64,000 nucleotides of DNA from the IMG/VR virus record IMGVR_UViG_3300033141_003168, positions 1-64,000 of that record; one strand, given 5' to 3'. Shown here piece after piece: positions 47,301-56,672 of this stretch. Source of the DNA: a virus. The notes beneath the pieces are model-generated. The model did not search any database. It saw only the letters and a program-made list of their open reading frames with translations, and was not told the DNA's origin. A program made the translations under genes and the position numbers. Numbering within the stretch: the stretch's first letter is position 1; the number at the start of each line of letters is the position of its first letter.

Positions 47301-48133
47301 ATCTTTCAGTCCACACGGGTACGCAAGACATTACGTTGTTGGTTTCGGAGGCGTTGCGATTAGGAGTTAAAATATTGCCGCCGTCGATTGAAAAGTCTGA
47401 CGTAGGATTCAAGTCAGGTAAACGTGCGGTGCGCATTGGTTTGGGATCAGTACCATATATTGGCGTGGGTGCGGCGAAGGAGATTTTAAACAATCGGCCT
47501 TTTACTTCATACGGTGATTTTCTCAATCGTGTGAACTTGGGGAAACTTAATGCAAGGGCCGTTAAAATTTTAGCAGAGGTGGGAGCGTTTTCTTTTCCCG
47601 GTATTTCAAATCGTACCATTGCCGAAAAGCACCAAGATATTATTGAAGTAAAGAAAGGGTTAGAACCTGACGCGAAAATTAAGATAAAGAATTTATCGGA
47701 GTATACGGAAGATGAATTTTTGCAACAACGCGGTGGTCGATTAGGATTGCCACTTGGTCTTTTGAAACTTTCAGAATTCAGAATGAAAATTCAGGCCGAA
47801 GGAGACAGGGCAGGGAAGTCGTCAAAGAAGTTTCGGCTTGTAACTGGTCTTGATGTTGACTTGCGCTCAGACGATCTTATCGTCGTTGCGATTAACTCGG
47901 TTCGAGAACACAAAACAAAGAATCGGGATTTAATGGCGTTCCTGTCAATCGCAGATGAGACAGGAGAGCGCGGTGTCATAGCGTGGCCCAGTACTTATGA
48001 AATGTGGAAACAAGATTTAAAGGTAGGGAATATAATTGCATTTCGCCCGAAAGTAAAAGACGGTGAATTATTTATGGAGGCGAATCGGAAGTTCAGATGT
48101 TTGCTCAGATCAAATACAGAAAAGGAGGATTAG
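44375..48133 (+). CDS. dnaE: Family-4 uracil-DNA glycosylase fused to DNA polymerase III alpha (DnaE); start probably non-canonical, upstream of TTG 44417
   Basis: UDG4: CRRC, 'GEAPG', 'PFVGRSG', 'KCRPPENRTP', 'TYHPAA'; DnaE: 'HLHVH..FSVLDG', 'RGSAAGS', 'PDIDLD', 'KFDFLGLRTL', 'YGFNRSHA', C-terminal OB fold. Confidence 0.92.
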   Translation: MVKLRKIKGCRRCELREGATQVVTGRGPKDAKVVIIGEAPGKEEDKSGKPFVGRSGKLLSEALKNSGLKEKDVYISNVIKCRPPENRTPTREEIGLCKKWLDLELDLIKPDFIMTLGETAMFRLLDFKGIASRRGKVHRSAEYGKVFVTYHPAAALRNVNLKKVFMSDVARFVRLVKGKVRKREKLESIVSIKGTEDKKLVHLHVHDEFSVLDGCGKAEEFVGAAKRLGMGTLATTNHRSISGVPSFLRACDKGGIKPIVGCEIEVVDDMYFKDKSTRGKARHLITWCDGQQGYDNLLKLVTLSNVEGFYFKPRVDWDMLKKYKDGLVFGTACLGGPLCKAIMEPDEPDPDKVAKRLKKILGDNLFVEIMATDQPQQRQVNKALIDIAKYHKMPLVATVDAHYPTPRYADVHDILLMVQMNNTIRHTNRFKFDTKQLYLIPSGEMKTRLLEQGLPPDAVRKAMRNTVVIGKTLSTVKIPKLNVKDALPASKWKNEFRVFEKRTMAKWRAYKKNVSNAKRSRYIKRFKYELEVIQRHGLINYFLITTDIINYCKAEGIRTGSRGSAAGSLVAFLFGITKVDPLVYDLMFERFLGPERLQSGSLPDIDLDIDYTRREEVIKYVCDKYGEDHVSPSCTFSRMRGKAVLKDVARTQCIPVKEIEAVTELIQSEKEDESSEEIFSVIEDAVQQFEVFRKFEKKYPLVVRAALKLEGQVRHLGVHPAGYFITNSKISEITPIIKTGNRFVTGYEASDLEKIGLTKFDFLGLRTLSVIEQASKTAKVNIDDIPTDDEKVYYSFSQGHTRGIFQFDGGATRLLKQWHSQSILDLTMVNAANRPGPLQSGMTRRIMDDRNERPVDQQNSALEELLKETHGALIYQEQAMKILREVGGLSLLDVDKVRKLIAKSKGVAEIEKHRLKFVKGARKNGFTKTDANDIFSFLSEFGGYGFNRSHAAVYAYLAYQTMWLKVHYPAAFIAAYLSVHTGTQDITLLVSEALRLGVKILPPSIEKSDVGFKSGKRAVRIGLGSVPYIGVGAAKEILNNRPFTSYGDFLNRVNLGKLNARAVKILAEVGAFSFPGISNRTIAEKHQDIIEVKKGLEPDAKIKIKNLSEYTEDEFLQQRGGRLGLPLGLLKLSEFRMKIQAEGDRAGKSSKKFRLVTGLDVDLRSDDLIVVAINSVREHKTKNRDLMAFLSIADETGERGVIAWPSTYEMWKQDLKVGNIIAFRPKVKDGELFMEANRKFRCLLRSNTEKED

Positions 48134-48304
48134 TTATGATTTTAAAACTTTCATCGCAGTAACATTCGCGAGTATATTTTCATTGATTGCTATATATTTA
48201 CCGCATCTTTATAATTTTGCCATTTTTTATCTTTTATTTATGATAATAATTTTGCAGTTAAGCCCGGACGAATAATGAAGTATTCTTAAAACAGAAAAGG
48301 AGAA

Positions 48305-48874
48305 ATGAACATGGGATTTGACTTAGGAGATTTGAAACGACTTGGCAAGAAGGTTTTGAAGAAGGGTGGCGCACCGATATTAGGTACATTACTCGGTGGG
48401 CCTGCCGGTTCGATTGCGGGAGATATTCTTGGTAATTTGTTTGGCGGCGACAAAAGTGCAAAGGAAATTGAAAAACTAATTGACACCGATCCTGCCGCTT
48501 ACGCAAAACTCAGAGAATATGAAATGAAACACAAAGAGGCGTTACAGCAACTTGAGATTGAAGAAAAGAAAATGTATCTTGTCGATATTCAATCAGCGCG
48601 GACACGTGAAGTAGAATTTGTAAAAGTAACCGGAGGACGTGATTGGTTTCATACTATTGTCGGTTCACTTGTGGTTGCCGGATTTATGGCAACTGTGGTT
48701 ATTTCTTTTAAGATTGTGCCGCCTGTGGGATCGGAACGTCTCATTGGAATTTTAATAGGTACACTTGGGGCCGGATTCATTCAGGTGTTAAATTATCTTT
48801 ATGGTTCTTCAAAAGGTAGTGCCGACAAGGCGAAAACACTTGAACGAATTGCCGCGAATGGCAGCGGAAAATAA
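48305..48874 (+). CDS. Holin-like membrane protein
   Basis: 'APILGTLLGGPAG', 'DIQSARTRE', two TM helices, 'YLYGSSKGS'. Confidence 0.65.
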   Translation: MNMGFDLGDLKRLGKKVLKKGGAPILGTLLGGPAGSIAGDILGNLFGGDKSAKEIEKLIDTDPAAYAKLREYEMKHKEALQQLEIEEKKMYLVDIQSARTREVEFVKVTGGRDWFHTIVGSLVVAGFMATVVISFKIVPPVGSERLIGILIGTLGAGFIQVLNYLYGSSKGSADKAKTLERIAANGSGK

Positions 48875-48901
48875 ACTACTACGGAAACCGGATTAATTAA
48901 A
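48871..48901 (+). repeat. 31-bp imperfect palindrome, copy 9
   Basis: ataaactactacggAAAccggattaattaaa; contains upstream stop codon. Confidence 0.95.
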
Positions 48902-48903
48902 TT

Positions 48904-49281
48904 TTGAAAAAAAGGGAAAATGTTAAAATGCAAAAGGTAATAGCAATCATAGCGATCGGTGATAAAGAATACGAAGAGGAATTGACGGTTGAAAGTCTTG
49001 ATTCGCCGGAAGATGCCGTTCGGAAAGTAATAAAATTTTTTAATCAAGTCGAGAAAACAAGATATGGAAAAAAAGCACAATTGCGTCGTTTTGTCTGCAT
49101 CAAAGATTTGGGCCGCGAATATGAAGATCATGACTGGGATAAAGTTAATTTCGTTTCTCTGCCTGACGGTTCAGATAGATGGAAGTGTAAGAAATGCGGT
49201 CAGGTTATCAAACGGGTTTTAGGACAAGGATTTGAACACGCTAAACCGTGTAAGCTAAAACAACCTGAGAAAAGAAAGTAA
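48904..49281 (+). CDS. Hypothetical protein with C-terminal zinc ribbon
   Basis: 'HDWDK...WKCKKCG'. Confidence 0.55.
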   Translation: MKKRENVKMQKVIAIIAIGDKEYEEELTVESLDSPEDAVRKVIKFFNQVEKTRYGKKAQLRRFVCIKDLGREYEDHDWDKVNFVSLPDGSDRWKCKKCGQVIKRVLGQGFEHAKPCKLKQPEKRK

Positions 49282-50058
49282 ATGAGCGCAACAAAGAAAT
49301 TGGATCAAGATGTACAAGATATTTTTTCAAAGTGTACTATTCAAGGTAACGTAGTGTTGTTGCCCGAAGGCCAACTTGAACGGGTGATATATGTGAAAGT
49401 TGATAAGGCGTTGAAAGCACTGGGTGGCAAGTGGAACCGCAAGTTAAAAGGTCATGTATTTTCACAAGGCGAAGACCTTCATGCGTTACTGGGGCAAGCA
49501 ATCAAGTCGGGCGAAGTAATTGACAAAAAACAACTGTTTCAGTTTTATGAAACGCCTCGATCACTCGCGGAACGTGTAGTCGAACTTGCAGAAATAGAGG
49601 AAGGAATGTTAGTACTCGAACCCTCTGCGGGTGGTGGTGTAATTGTCAACGCAGTATTAGCGAATACTGAGGCAAGGGATATTCTTGCGATTGAATTGAA
49701 CAATTTTTGTTGTGATAACATGAGGAATTTGTTTCAATATGAAGGCTCCAGAGTGACTATCATTCAAAATGATTTTCTTGAAACTAATCCGAAGCCTATT
49801 TTCGACAGAGTTGTTATGAATCCTCCGTTTACGAAAGGTCAGTGTGTAAAACACATCCTTCATGCACTGAAATGCTTGAAGTCCGGAGGCAGACTTGTTT
49901 CGATTGCGAGTCCGGGAATAATGTTTCGGGAACAAAAACTGTATAAAGAAGTCAGGGCATGGATAAAGCGGGCGGGATTTTATGAAGAGAATCCCAAAAA
50001 TTCATTCAAACAGTCGGGCACGGCAGTAAACACGATCACAATAGTAGTTGAACGATAA
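49282..50058 (+). CDS. Amino (N6-adenine type) DNA methyltransferase
   Basis: 'QFYETP', 'VLEPSAGGG', 'VVMNPPF'. Confidence 0.8.
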   Translation: MSATKKLDQDVQDIFSKCTIQGNVVLLPEGQLERVIYVKVDKALKALGGKWNRKLKGHVFSQGEDLHALLGQAIKSGEVIDKKQLFQFYETPRSLAERVVELAEIEEGMLVLEPSAGGGVIVNAVLANTEARDILAIELNNFCCDNMRNLFQYEGSRVTIIQNDFLETNPKPIFDRVVMNPPFTKGQCVKHILHALKCLKSGGRLVSIASPGIMFREQKLYKEVRAWIKRAGFYEENPKNSFKQSGTAVNTITIVVER

Positions 50059-50072
50059 TAATCGGAGGCAAT

Positions 50073-51194
50073 ATGGCGAAGAAAAAATCTGTCAAGAAAA
50101 AGAAGAAGGCCAAAAAAGAAGTTGTTCTTACGGAACGAGAACAAGGCTTAGTCGAACGCGTCTTCGAACTCAACAAAACTTACGGCAAAGAAGAGGCATT
50201 TATTTTGCCGGGATCAGATGTGGTGTTCGGAAGTGTAAGGATGCAACCCACGGGCATACCGGCACTTGATAGAATGTTAGGTGGTGGATTTCCCGAAGGA
50301 AAAAACATTGAAGTATTCGGGCCAGAGGGTGGTGGGAAAACGACTCTTGTTCTAAATTATGTAGGTGAGAGGATGAAGGAAGACAAGATGTGCGTTTGGT
50401 TCGATGCGGAAGATTCCCTTGAAGTCCAGTGGGCAAAAAAGTTCGGGATTAGGGTTCAGAAACAACGCAAAGGTGAATCATTAAAAGATGCGTTAATTCG
50501 CGCAATCACTACGAGGTCATTGCTATTATGTAAACCTCAAGTTGGGGAACACGCCCTTGATGCAATGAAAGCGTTCTGCGGCTTTGTTGATGTGATGGTT
50601 GTTGATTCTGTTCCGGCATTGCAACCTATTGCAATGTTGGAAGCATCGAATCTTGACAATTTCATGGGACTAAAGGCGAGAATGATTTCACAAGGGATCG
50701 ACAACATTGTTTCTGTGAATAAGAAGAAAGACCCTTCAACGATAATTTGGATCAATCAGTTAACTACAAATATTGGTGGGTATGGTAATCCTGAAATAAC
50801 GCCGGGAGGAAAACGCCTCAAGTTTTATGCGAGACTAAGACTTGGAGTGCGGCAAATTGCGTTTGAGAAACTCGACAAAAAAAATCCTCGTCCCGGTCAA
50901 AGAATTGCTTGTTATGCAAAAAAGAATTCCTATTACCCGCCACACCGTAAGGCACAGTTCAACCTTATGTATAAGGGTCACTTTGATATTAAAGGTCAAA
51001 TTATTGATCTTGCAAAGGAGTATGAGATCATAGAACGCAAGGGATCATATCTTCACTACAGAGGAGAGAAACGGCAAGGCGATACTAATTTCAAAAAATT
51101 TCTTATCAGGAATCCCGACGTATATGCCGAACTTTTAGAACTTGTTGTTGAAAATATTAACGAGGAGATTGCAGATACGAAGGGAATATTTTAA
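50073..51194 (+). CDS. recA: RecA/UvsX recombinase
   Basis: 'LGGGFPEG', 'GPEGGGKTT', 'FDAE', 'VVDSVPAL', 'INQL', 'TPGGKRLKFYA'. Confidence 0.92.
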   Translation: MAKKKSVKKKKKAKKEVVLTEREQGLVERVFELNKTYGKEEAFILPGSDVVFGSVRMQPTGIPALDRMLGGGFPEGKNIEVFGPEGGGKTTLVLNYVGERMKEDKMCVWFDAEDSLEVQWAKKFGIRVQKQRKGESLKDALIRAITTRSLLLCKPQVGEHALDAMKAFCGFVDVMVVDSVPALQPIAMLEASNLDNFMGLKARMISQGIDNIVSVNKKKDPSTIIWINQLTTNIGGYGNPEITPGGKRLKFYARLRLGVRQIAFEKLDKKNPRPGQRIACYAKKNSYYPPHRKAQFNLMYKGHFDIKGQIIDLAKEYEIIERKGSYLHYRGEKRQGDTNFKKFLIRNPDVYAELLELVVENINEEIADTKGIF

Positions 51195-51220
51195 TTACTA
51201 CGGAAACCGCAGTAGTTTAT
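51190..51220 (+). repeat. 31-bp imperfect palindrome, copy 10
   Basis: tttaattactacggAAAccgcagtagtttat; contains the recA stop codon. Confidence 0.93.
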
Positions 51221-51233
51221 TTGAGGAGCAGTC

Positions 51234-51614
51234 ATGGCGAAAGGTTTTGATTGGTTAAAAAATTCAAGAAAGAAAAGGTCAATGTCATACCATAAGGGCA
51301 AAGAGGATGAGAAGGAAGGCGCGAAAAAATTAGGCATGTTTAAGACGAAAGGATCAGGCAATACAGGTGTTAGAAAAAATGATCTTTACGACGCGGTGTT
51401 CTGCGGCGAGTTAAAATGTACTGACGGGAAACAGTACACGTTACATCTTTCCGATTTGGTTAAACTTATTCAGTACGCGCATATCGCGAGTTCGATTCCT
51501 TATTTCAGGATAACATTTCGCAAGCCCAAAAAACGATCTTTTGTAATTATGAGGGAAGACGATTTTATTACACTCAAGGAGTTAGCAAATGGCAAAGAGT
51601 TCAGCAATGAGTAA
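51234..51614 (+). CDS. PD-(D/E)xK nuclease, Holliday junction resolvase-like
   Basis: 'E...A', 'GSG', 'ND', 'GELK' pattern. Confidence 0.6.
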   Translation: MAKGFDWLKNSRKKRSMSYHKGKEDEKEGAKKLGMFKTKGSGNTGVRKNDLYDAVFCGELKCTDGKQYTLHLSDLVKLIQYAHIASSIPYFRITFRKPKKRSFVIMREDDFITLKELANGKEFSNE

Positions 51615-52497
51615 ATTGATAAGGGCGAGTGAAATCGATCCCTTATCAGCATTACAACTTGACATAGTACAGAGTAAACAAGAATCGGTTCATGGGACGG
51701 ATGGTTTTTTTCATCCTTCCTCAATTTCAAAGTTCTGCAAACGATCACTTGTATTGCCATACCTGACAGACGACGACGGCAATAAGGTGGCAGAAAAAAT
51801 CATCACGCCTGACGCGAGGCTCGAAGAGGTTTTTGAAGTTGGTACGTTCGGTCACATAAGAAAACAACTTCGACTTGTTCATGCAAACCTCTGTCTTCAA
51901 TGGAAGCCGTTGTCAAAAAGAGAAGAGGCGTACAAGAAAGAATTATATGATGAGTATTGGTATGAACCTGCGTCGGTAATGACAGAATTATGGAACTTCG
52001 CGAAGGAATATTATTGCATCGAAGTATCCATGAAAGATGTTGCGGAAAACGTGAAGGGCCATTGCGATAGTATTATTTTATTCAAAGGCGGCTTTTGGTT
52101 TTGGGAATTCAAGACTTGGAATTCTTTTGCTTGGGCCAAATTGAATTGTGCGGAACTGCCGCATAGGATTCAGGCGATAACTTATATGAGGTACATAAAA
52201 AAGAAATATGGGAAGAAAACTTTTTACGGGCCTGACGGTGAAAAATACACCATGAAGGACGTGAAGGGTTGTAGATTTTGGTATGAGAACAAAGACACAC
52301 AGATCACAAAGCAGTACACGATTGCGTCTGATAAAGAATTAGAAAGGCGGGTAGTGAAAATGTTAGCGTCGGCGCATAAGTTTTTGAAGGCAAACAAATT
52401 ACCGAAACGTGTGTATCATAATAAAGGATCAAAGCCTTGTCGCTGGTGTGATTGGTCACATTTTTGTTTCGGTAAAGGGGGCAAGAAATATGTCTGA
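51589..52497 (+). CDS. Cas4-like PD-(D/E)xK exonuclease
   Basis: 'HPSSI..C', 'GTFGH', 'GHCD', 'EFKT', 'Q..TY', 'CRWC.....C' Fe-S cysteines. Confidence 0.8.
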   Translation: MAKSSAMSKLIRASEIDPLSALQLDIVQSKQESVHGTDGFFHPSSISKFCKRSLVLPYLTDDDGNKVAEKIITPDARLEEVFEVGTFGHIRKQLRLVHANLCLQWKPLSKREEAYKKELYDEYWYEPASVMTELWNFAKEYYCIEVSMKDVAENVKGHCDSIILFKGGFWFWEFKTWNSFAWAKLNCAELPHRIQAITYMRYIKKKYGKKTFYGPDGEKYTMKDVKGCRFWYENKDTQITKQYTIASDKELERRVVKMLASAHKFLKANKLPKRVYHNKGSKPCRWCDWSHFCFGKGGKKYV

Positions 52498-52990
52498 TAA
52501 ATACCAACCTTACAGAGACTATGCGGTAGGCGATAAGGTAAGAATTACTTCGGGGAGAATTGTTGATACAATTTCGCGGGCTTATGTTTTTGAAGACGAC
52601 AAAACCGCAACGTGGTTTGATAAAGATAAAGAATTAATTCTTAAAGGATTTAAAAAGCCACCGCGCCTAAAACGTGTTCACGTGGATGAAAATCTCAATC
52701 AGATTCCACAAAAACTTGTTGCAAGATACCGCAGACCGTTTTTTATTACTTGGCACGAATCGAATCAAGCGATATATGTGGGATACGCAGTTAGACATTT
52801 GGGTGAAGTGGTTTACTGTGAGTATAATTACGGATATGAGTACAACAATGAAATCGAAAAAGGTGGCTATCTGAAGGAGCGACGAGTTATATTTCTTGCG
52901 AGGCTTCGGTTTTGTGAAAACGGTGAAGAACATCTTACATTTTTTGACGAGATACAAAAGGTCGCAGATACGGTAGAGGAGGTACAATGA
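52490..52990 (+). CDS. Hypothetical protein
   Basis: Start placed at ATG 52490 after GGGG. Confidence 0.55.
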   Translation: MSDKYQPYRDYAVGDKVRITSGRIVDTISRAYVFEDDKTATWFDKDKELILKGFKKPPRLKRVHVDENLNQIPQKLVARYRRPFFITWHESNQAIYVGYAVRHLGEVVYCEYNYGYEYNNEIEKGGYLKERRVIFLARLRFCENGEEHLTFFDEIQKVADTVEEVQ

Positions 52991-53589
52991 AGATTAAACG
53001 TAGTTTAGAAAAACAAAGGACGGGTCGCAAAAAGTCCACGGCAAGGAAGGCTTCAAAGATTACTCAGTTTTCGGAACTCGATTTGCAAATGCCTAAGAAA
53101 AAAGCGGAATGGAAAATACAAGACTTCGATGGACTCGCAGAAGGCATGAAGGTCGCGGAAAGAATTGGATTGCCGACGCCGAAGTCGCCAACGGTTGAGG
53201 AGATCGACTGGCCGGGAGATGCACTTCCCGACGTATCTTATAAAGTGTTATCACAACTATTGGGGCAACTTGGTGAATTATCAGCTTATGCCTCATGGTT
53301 ACTCTTTGTTTCGGAGGCCGAAAGGGAAGCGTGGGAGGCGAAATATGTATATGCGTTAGAGCAACGTGTTTTGAAACACGAAAACGCAGGCTATCAACAA
53401 CGCAATCATGAACTTCGCGAAGCACTTGCAGACGGGGAACAAGATGTGAAATACAGGTTGAAAAGATTTTTAAGAGCATCGGCACTTGTGAAAATCATAG
53501 GTGGTTTAGTAGCGACGTATGACAATTACTACACGAAGTTGAGTCGGGAGTTAACAATGAGGGAGGCGGGGTGGCGAAAAACTCGTTAA
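52987..53589 (+). CDS. Helical protein, possible recombination mediator
   Basis: Coiled coil ending 'LSRELTMR'; between Cas4-like and RuvC. Confidence 0.45.
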   Translation: MKIKRSLEKQRTGRKKSTARKASKITQFSELDLQMPKKKAEWKIQDFDGLAEGMKVAERIGLPTPKSPTVEEIDWPGDALPDVSYKVLSQLLGQLGELSAYASWLLFVSEAEREAWEAKYVYALEQRVLKHENAGYQQRNHELREALADGEQDVKYRLKRFLRASALVKIIGGLVATYDNYYTKLSRELTMREAGWRKTR

Positions 53590-53606
53590 CGCGGAAAGGA
53601 TAACAG

Positions 53607-54215
53607 ATGTCTGAGAAAAACACGCTAAAAGTTATATCGGTTGGTTTTGATCCCGGTTTTGGCAAAGGCGGGTATGCAATTACTTACGGCGAAAAAGCAC
53701 CGGGTAAACCGTGGAAGGCGCGAGTAATAGAATTTAATTATTTTAAGACCGATATTTCTAAGGCAAAGGGAAAAGGTCTTATTCGCGTTTCAAGCGACGA
53801 TCAGCGCAGGCTTGATGAAATATTAAAAGTAATCCTTTACGTTGCGGACAGGGCGACTGAGGCGCGGGAGAATGCAGGTGCGCAAGTAGTCATTGCCGGG
53901 ATGGAATGGTTCACACCTTTTAAGTCAGGTGGCAGAGGGTGGACGGCTGTACTCACGGTGGGAATGGTTTATGGATTATTCAGAACCCGCGCGGATCAAT
54001 TTTACGTTCATCTTAATACAGACATTAAAAAAGATTTCGCCGGAAAAGCAAAGGCTTCAAAAGAAGAAGTGATACAACTGGTTCAAGAGAAGTTCGGAAT
54101 CGACGAGTTTGAAGGTGCAAAAGAACTACGGGAGCATCAGGCAGATGCAATCGCAGTAACGATTTTGAATCTGTACGAGTACGACAAAATAATGAATCCT
54201 TTAGGGAGGGTATAG
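53607..54215 (+). CDS. ruvC: RuvC-like Holliday junction resolvase
   Basis: 'VGFDPG', 'GME', 'IKK..AGKAKASKEEV', 'HQADAIAV'. Confidence 0.8.
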   Translation: MSEKNTLKVISVGFDPGFGKGGYAITYGEKAPGKPWKARVIEFNYFKTDISKAKGKGLIRVSSDDQRRLDEILKVILYVADRATEARENAGAQVVIAGMEWFTPFKSGGRGWTAVLTVGMVYGLFRTRADQFYVHLNTDIKKDFAGKAKASKEEVIQLVQEKFGIDEFEGAKELREHQADAIAVTILNLYEYDKIMNPLGRV

Positions 54216-54216
54216 A

Positions 54217-54828
54217 ATGGAAGAAATCAAACGTGTAAAAGACCCGGCAAAATTATTGATTAAAACTGGTTTGTTGTTTGAAATCAACAGGCGAGTGTTA
54301 CACCCGTTCGGACTTGCAATGGAAGTGATAGTGGTTGACAAGGCCGAAGAGTTCAAAGAAGAACTTGCAGACATTGAGGCGCAGATTGCGTATTGTAAAA
54401 TGGTGTCCGATACCGCGATCTTAAAACAAATGGTGGACAGGCATCGTGCTATGAATAAAATGCTTTTGGAATTTCTCGAACTCAAAAAGCAGTCGTGGTG
54501 CGGACGCATCGGTGGGATATGGGATTATCGCGACGATCCCGAAGGCATGTTGTTTCAAGAAGAGACGTTTCAAACGGGTGTCGAAAAGTTTGATAAATTC
54601 CTAAAGGGATTCGGAAACAAAAAAATCCAACAACGAAAAAAAGTTTTAGGTTTTGTCCTGCAAGGAGAAGAAAATACTAAGTTGTACCGCTACCCATGCA
54701 AAAATCGAGAACAAGATCATTTTCGTAAGTGCGAAGGTTGTGGTGATGAAGCGACTAAAGAAGATTGCGACGGAGTATCATTATGTCAGGAATGTTATGA
54801 TGAAATGAAGAATTTTTTTAATCTGTAG
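54217..54828 (+). CDS. Conserved phage hypothetical protein
   Basis: 'GLLFEINRRVLHPFGLA', 'IWDYRDDPEG'. Confidence 0.6.
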   Translation: MEEIKRVKDPAKLLIKTGLLFEINRRVLHPFGLAMEVIVVDKAEEFKEELADIEAQIAYCKMVSDTAILKQMVDRHRAMNKMLLEFLELKKQSWCGRIGGIWDYRDDPEGMLFQEETFQTGVEKFDKFLKGFGNKKIQQRKKVLGFVLQGEENTKLYRYPCKNREQDHFRKCEGCGDEATKEDCDGVSLCQECYDEMKNFFNL

Positions 54829-54850
54829 CTGATTGAAAAGAGGTTGACAA

Positions 54851-56407
54851 GTGGCAAAGAAAAAACGCAATGAACAGGGTGAGTTCAGTTTCAAAGTTTC
54901 AAAGCACGATGTACAATTGATAAAGAAGCTCTACAAGAAACCTTTGAAGGAGCAAAATGCGGGTGCGTGGATCGAGGTTAACAAAGGTCGTGTCTATTTA
55001 TATCTTTGCACCTCGGCACGTCGGCGCACACAACGGCGTATAAGGTTAACGTGTAAAGCGAAAGGTCAGGGCATGGCGCACATACCACACGATTTACCTT
55101 CCCGTTTAGAAAGTTGCAAAGTTTCATTGAGTGGTGGCAAATTAAAACTTGGTCTCGATGAATTCAAACAGGCTGCGGCAATCAAGGAAGAACTTGAGGT
55201 GGTGAACATTTCAAACGAAACATTAGTTTACAAAGGCAAGTTAGGCGAGTTGCGCGAAGCAATTCAGTATGCGACTTCGTTTCTATACGAAGATGACGGT
55301 ACGGCAAAGAGTGATTGGTACGGCAATAGCCCAAATCTTAAAGAAGCTTTACCAAGGGCGATACAGTTTTACGATGATAAATGTTATTGTTTAAATAGTT
55401 ACTACATGGTCGTTTATAAAGTGTGCGGAATAAAGAAATCGTTTACACTGAATAACGCCGCGCATAAAGATTTTCTCGCGACGACTAAATCATTGAAAGC
55501 ACATTTATCCGATAATACTATAGTGAAGATATTTCTTACAGACGACAATGGCAAAGGGCAGGGCGGTACGCCACCTTCAAACGCTTTGATTTCGCAACCA
55601 TACGTTCTGCGGATCGGCAAACACTATCAATATTATTATGAAACATTTAAACTCAAACCGGACTGGTACAGCCGGAATTTTGAAAGGATTATGGGGACGC
55701 AAACAAGATATATATGGAGTGCGGAGTTTTCTCCGAACAAGATTCTCGAACCGATAGAAAAGTTTAAAAAGGAAATAGTGGAAGCATTAATGATTGCTGA
55801 TTCGGAATTAAAAAGTGCGAGCGCAAGGAAAATTTTTGAAAGCGAATTTCCTTTCATAAAATTTGGGATTCATTGCCACGACATTTTGGAAATAAAAGTT
55901 GAAGCACAATCAAAATTTTCAGAATTGTCGAATTCATTTTGCGAAAAAAGATGGAGAATTAAAGGCAAAAATAGTCTTGTCGCTTCCGGACTTGAGAAAT
56001 TTTTGTATCCTTTTGAATTCACTTTGAATCGAGGCTACGTTAACAAAGTGTTTTCACATCGTAAAATTCAGAACGGCAAGTTCCGTTTATATTATCTTGG
56101 CCCATTTCAACCAGTGGTTTTTAAATGTGACGGATTAAAAGGTGGGATTATGATAGTGGGGACGGGATTAGAGAGTCGGTTTGATAAAAGGTTTATGGAA
56201 CATGGATACGCGGGGCCGTTCAGATTGGGCGAAAATGTAATTGGGATGAATCTTAAAGGGGCGACAATAGAAGGTAAAGTTATTGAATTAGGACAATTAC
56301 TAACGGTTCAAGATGACGATTGCGAAAGGCGTTTTGCGATGTTTGGTTCGGCAGTTTCGCAAGAACCTAAGTACCCGGCAAACTTCAGGTGGAGAAATGA
56401 AGGTTAA
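54851..56407 (+). CDS. Hypothetical protein
   Basis: 518-aa ORF, SD GAGG. Confidence 0.6.
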   Translation: MAKKKRNEQGEFSFKVSKHDVQLIKKLYKKPLKEQNAGAWIEVNKGRVYLYLCTSARRRTQRRIRLTCKAKGQGMAHIPHDLPSRLESCKVSLSGGKLKLGLDEFKQAAAIKEELEVVNISNETLVYKGKLGELREAIQYATSFLYEDDGTAKSDWYGNSPNLKEALPRAIQFYDDKCYCLNSYYMVVYKVCGIKKSFTLNNAAHKDFLATTKSLKAHLSDNTIVKIFLTDDNGKGQGGTPPSNALISQPYVLRIGKHYQYYYETFKLKPDWYSRNFERIMGTQTRYIWSAEFSPNKILEPIEKFKKEIVEALMIADSELKSASARKIFESEFPFIKFGIHCHDILEIKVEAQSKFSELSNSFCEKRWRIKGKNSLVASGLEKFLYPFEFTLNRGYVNKVFSHRKIQNGKFRLYYLGPFQPVVFKCDGLKGGIMIVGTGLESRFDKRFMEHGYAGPFRLGENVIGMNLKGATIEGKVIELGQLLTVQDDDCERRFAMFGSAVSQEPKYPANFRWRNEG

Positions 56408-56666
56408 CTTCGAGGTAATAGAGTCGGATTTATGCGCATATAAAGTACAGGCGATCTTTTGTGGGGTCGTAGTGATCTTTAAGTTTAATCAAGCTAAACC
56501 CCAGGTGTTCGAATCTTGCGTTTGCGATACTAATGGGATTGACCTTGGACCGAAAATTCACAAGGATAATGAATTTAAAAATTTCGTAGATGCAGTAATA
56601 GATCGGTTTTTTCACGAGGTAGCCGAACCAAGACAGAAACGAATCTTCAGTTTTAAAATAAACTAA
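56397..56666 (+). CDS. Hypothetical protein
   Basis: ATG 56397 after GGAG. Confidence 0.45.
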   Translation: MKVNFEVIESDLCAYKVQAIFCGVVVIFKFNQAKPQVFESCVCDTNGIDLGPKIHKDNEFKNFVDAVIDRFFHEVAEPRQKRIFSFKIN

Positions 56667-56672
56667 AAGGGA

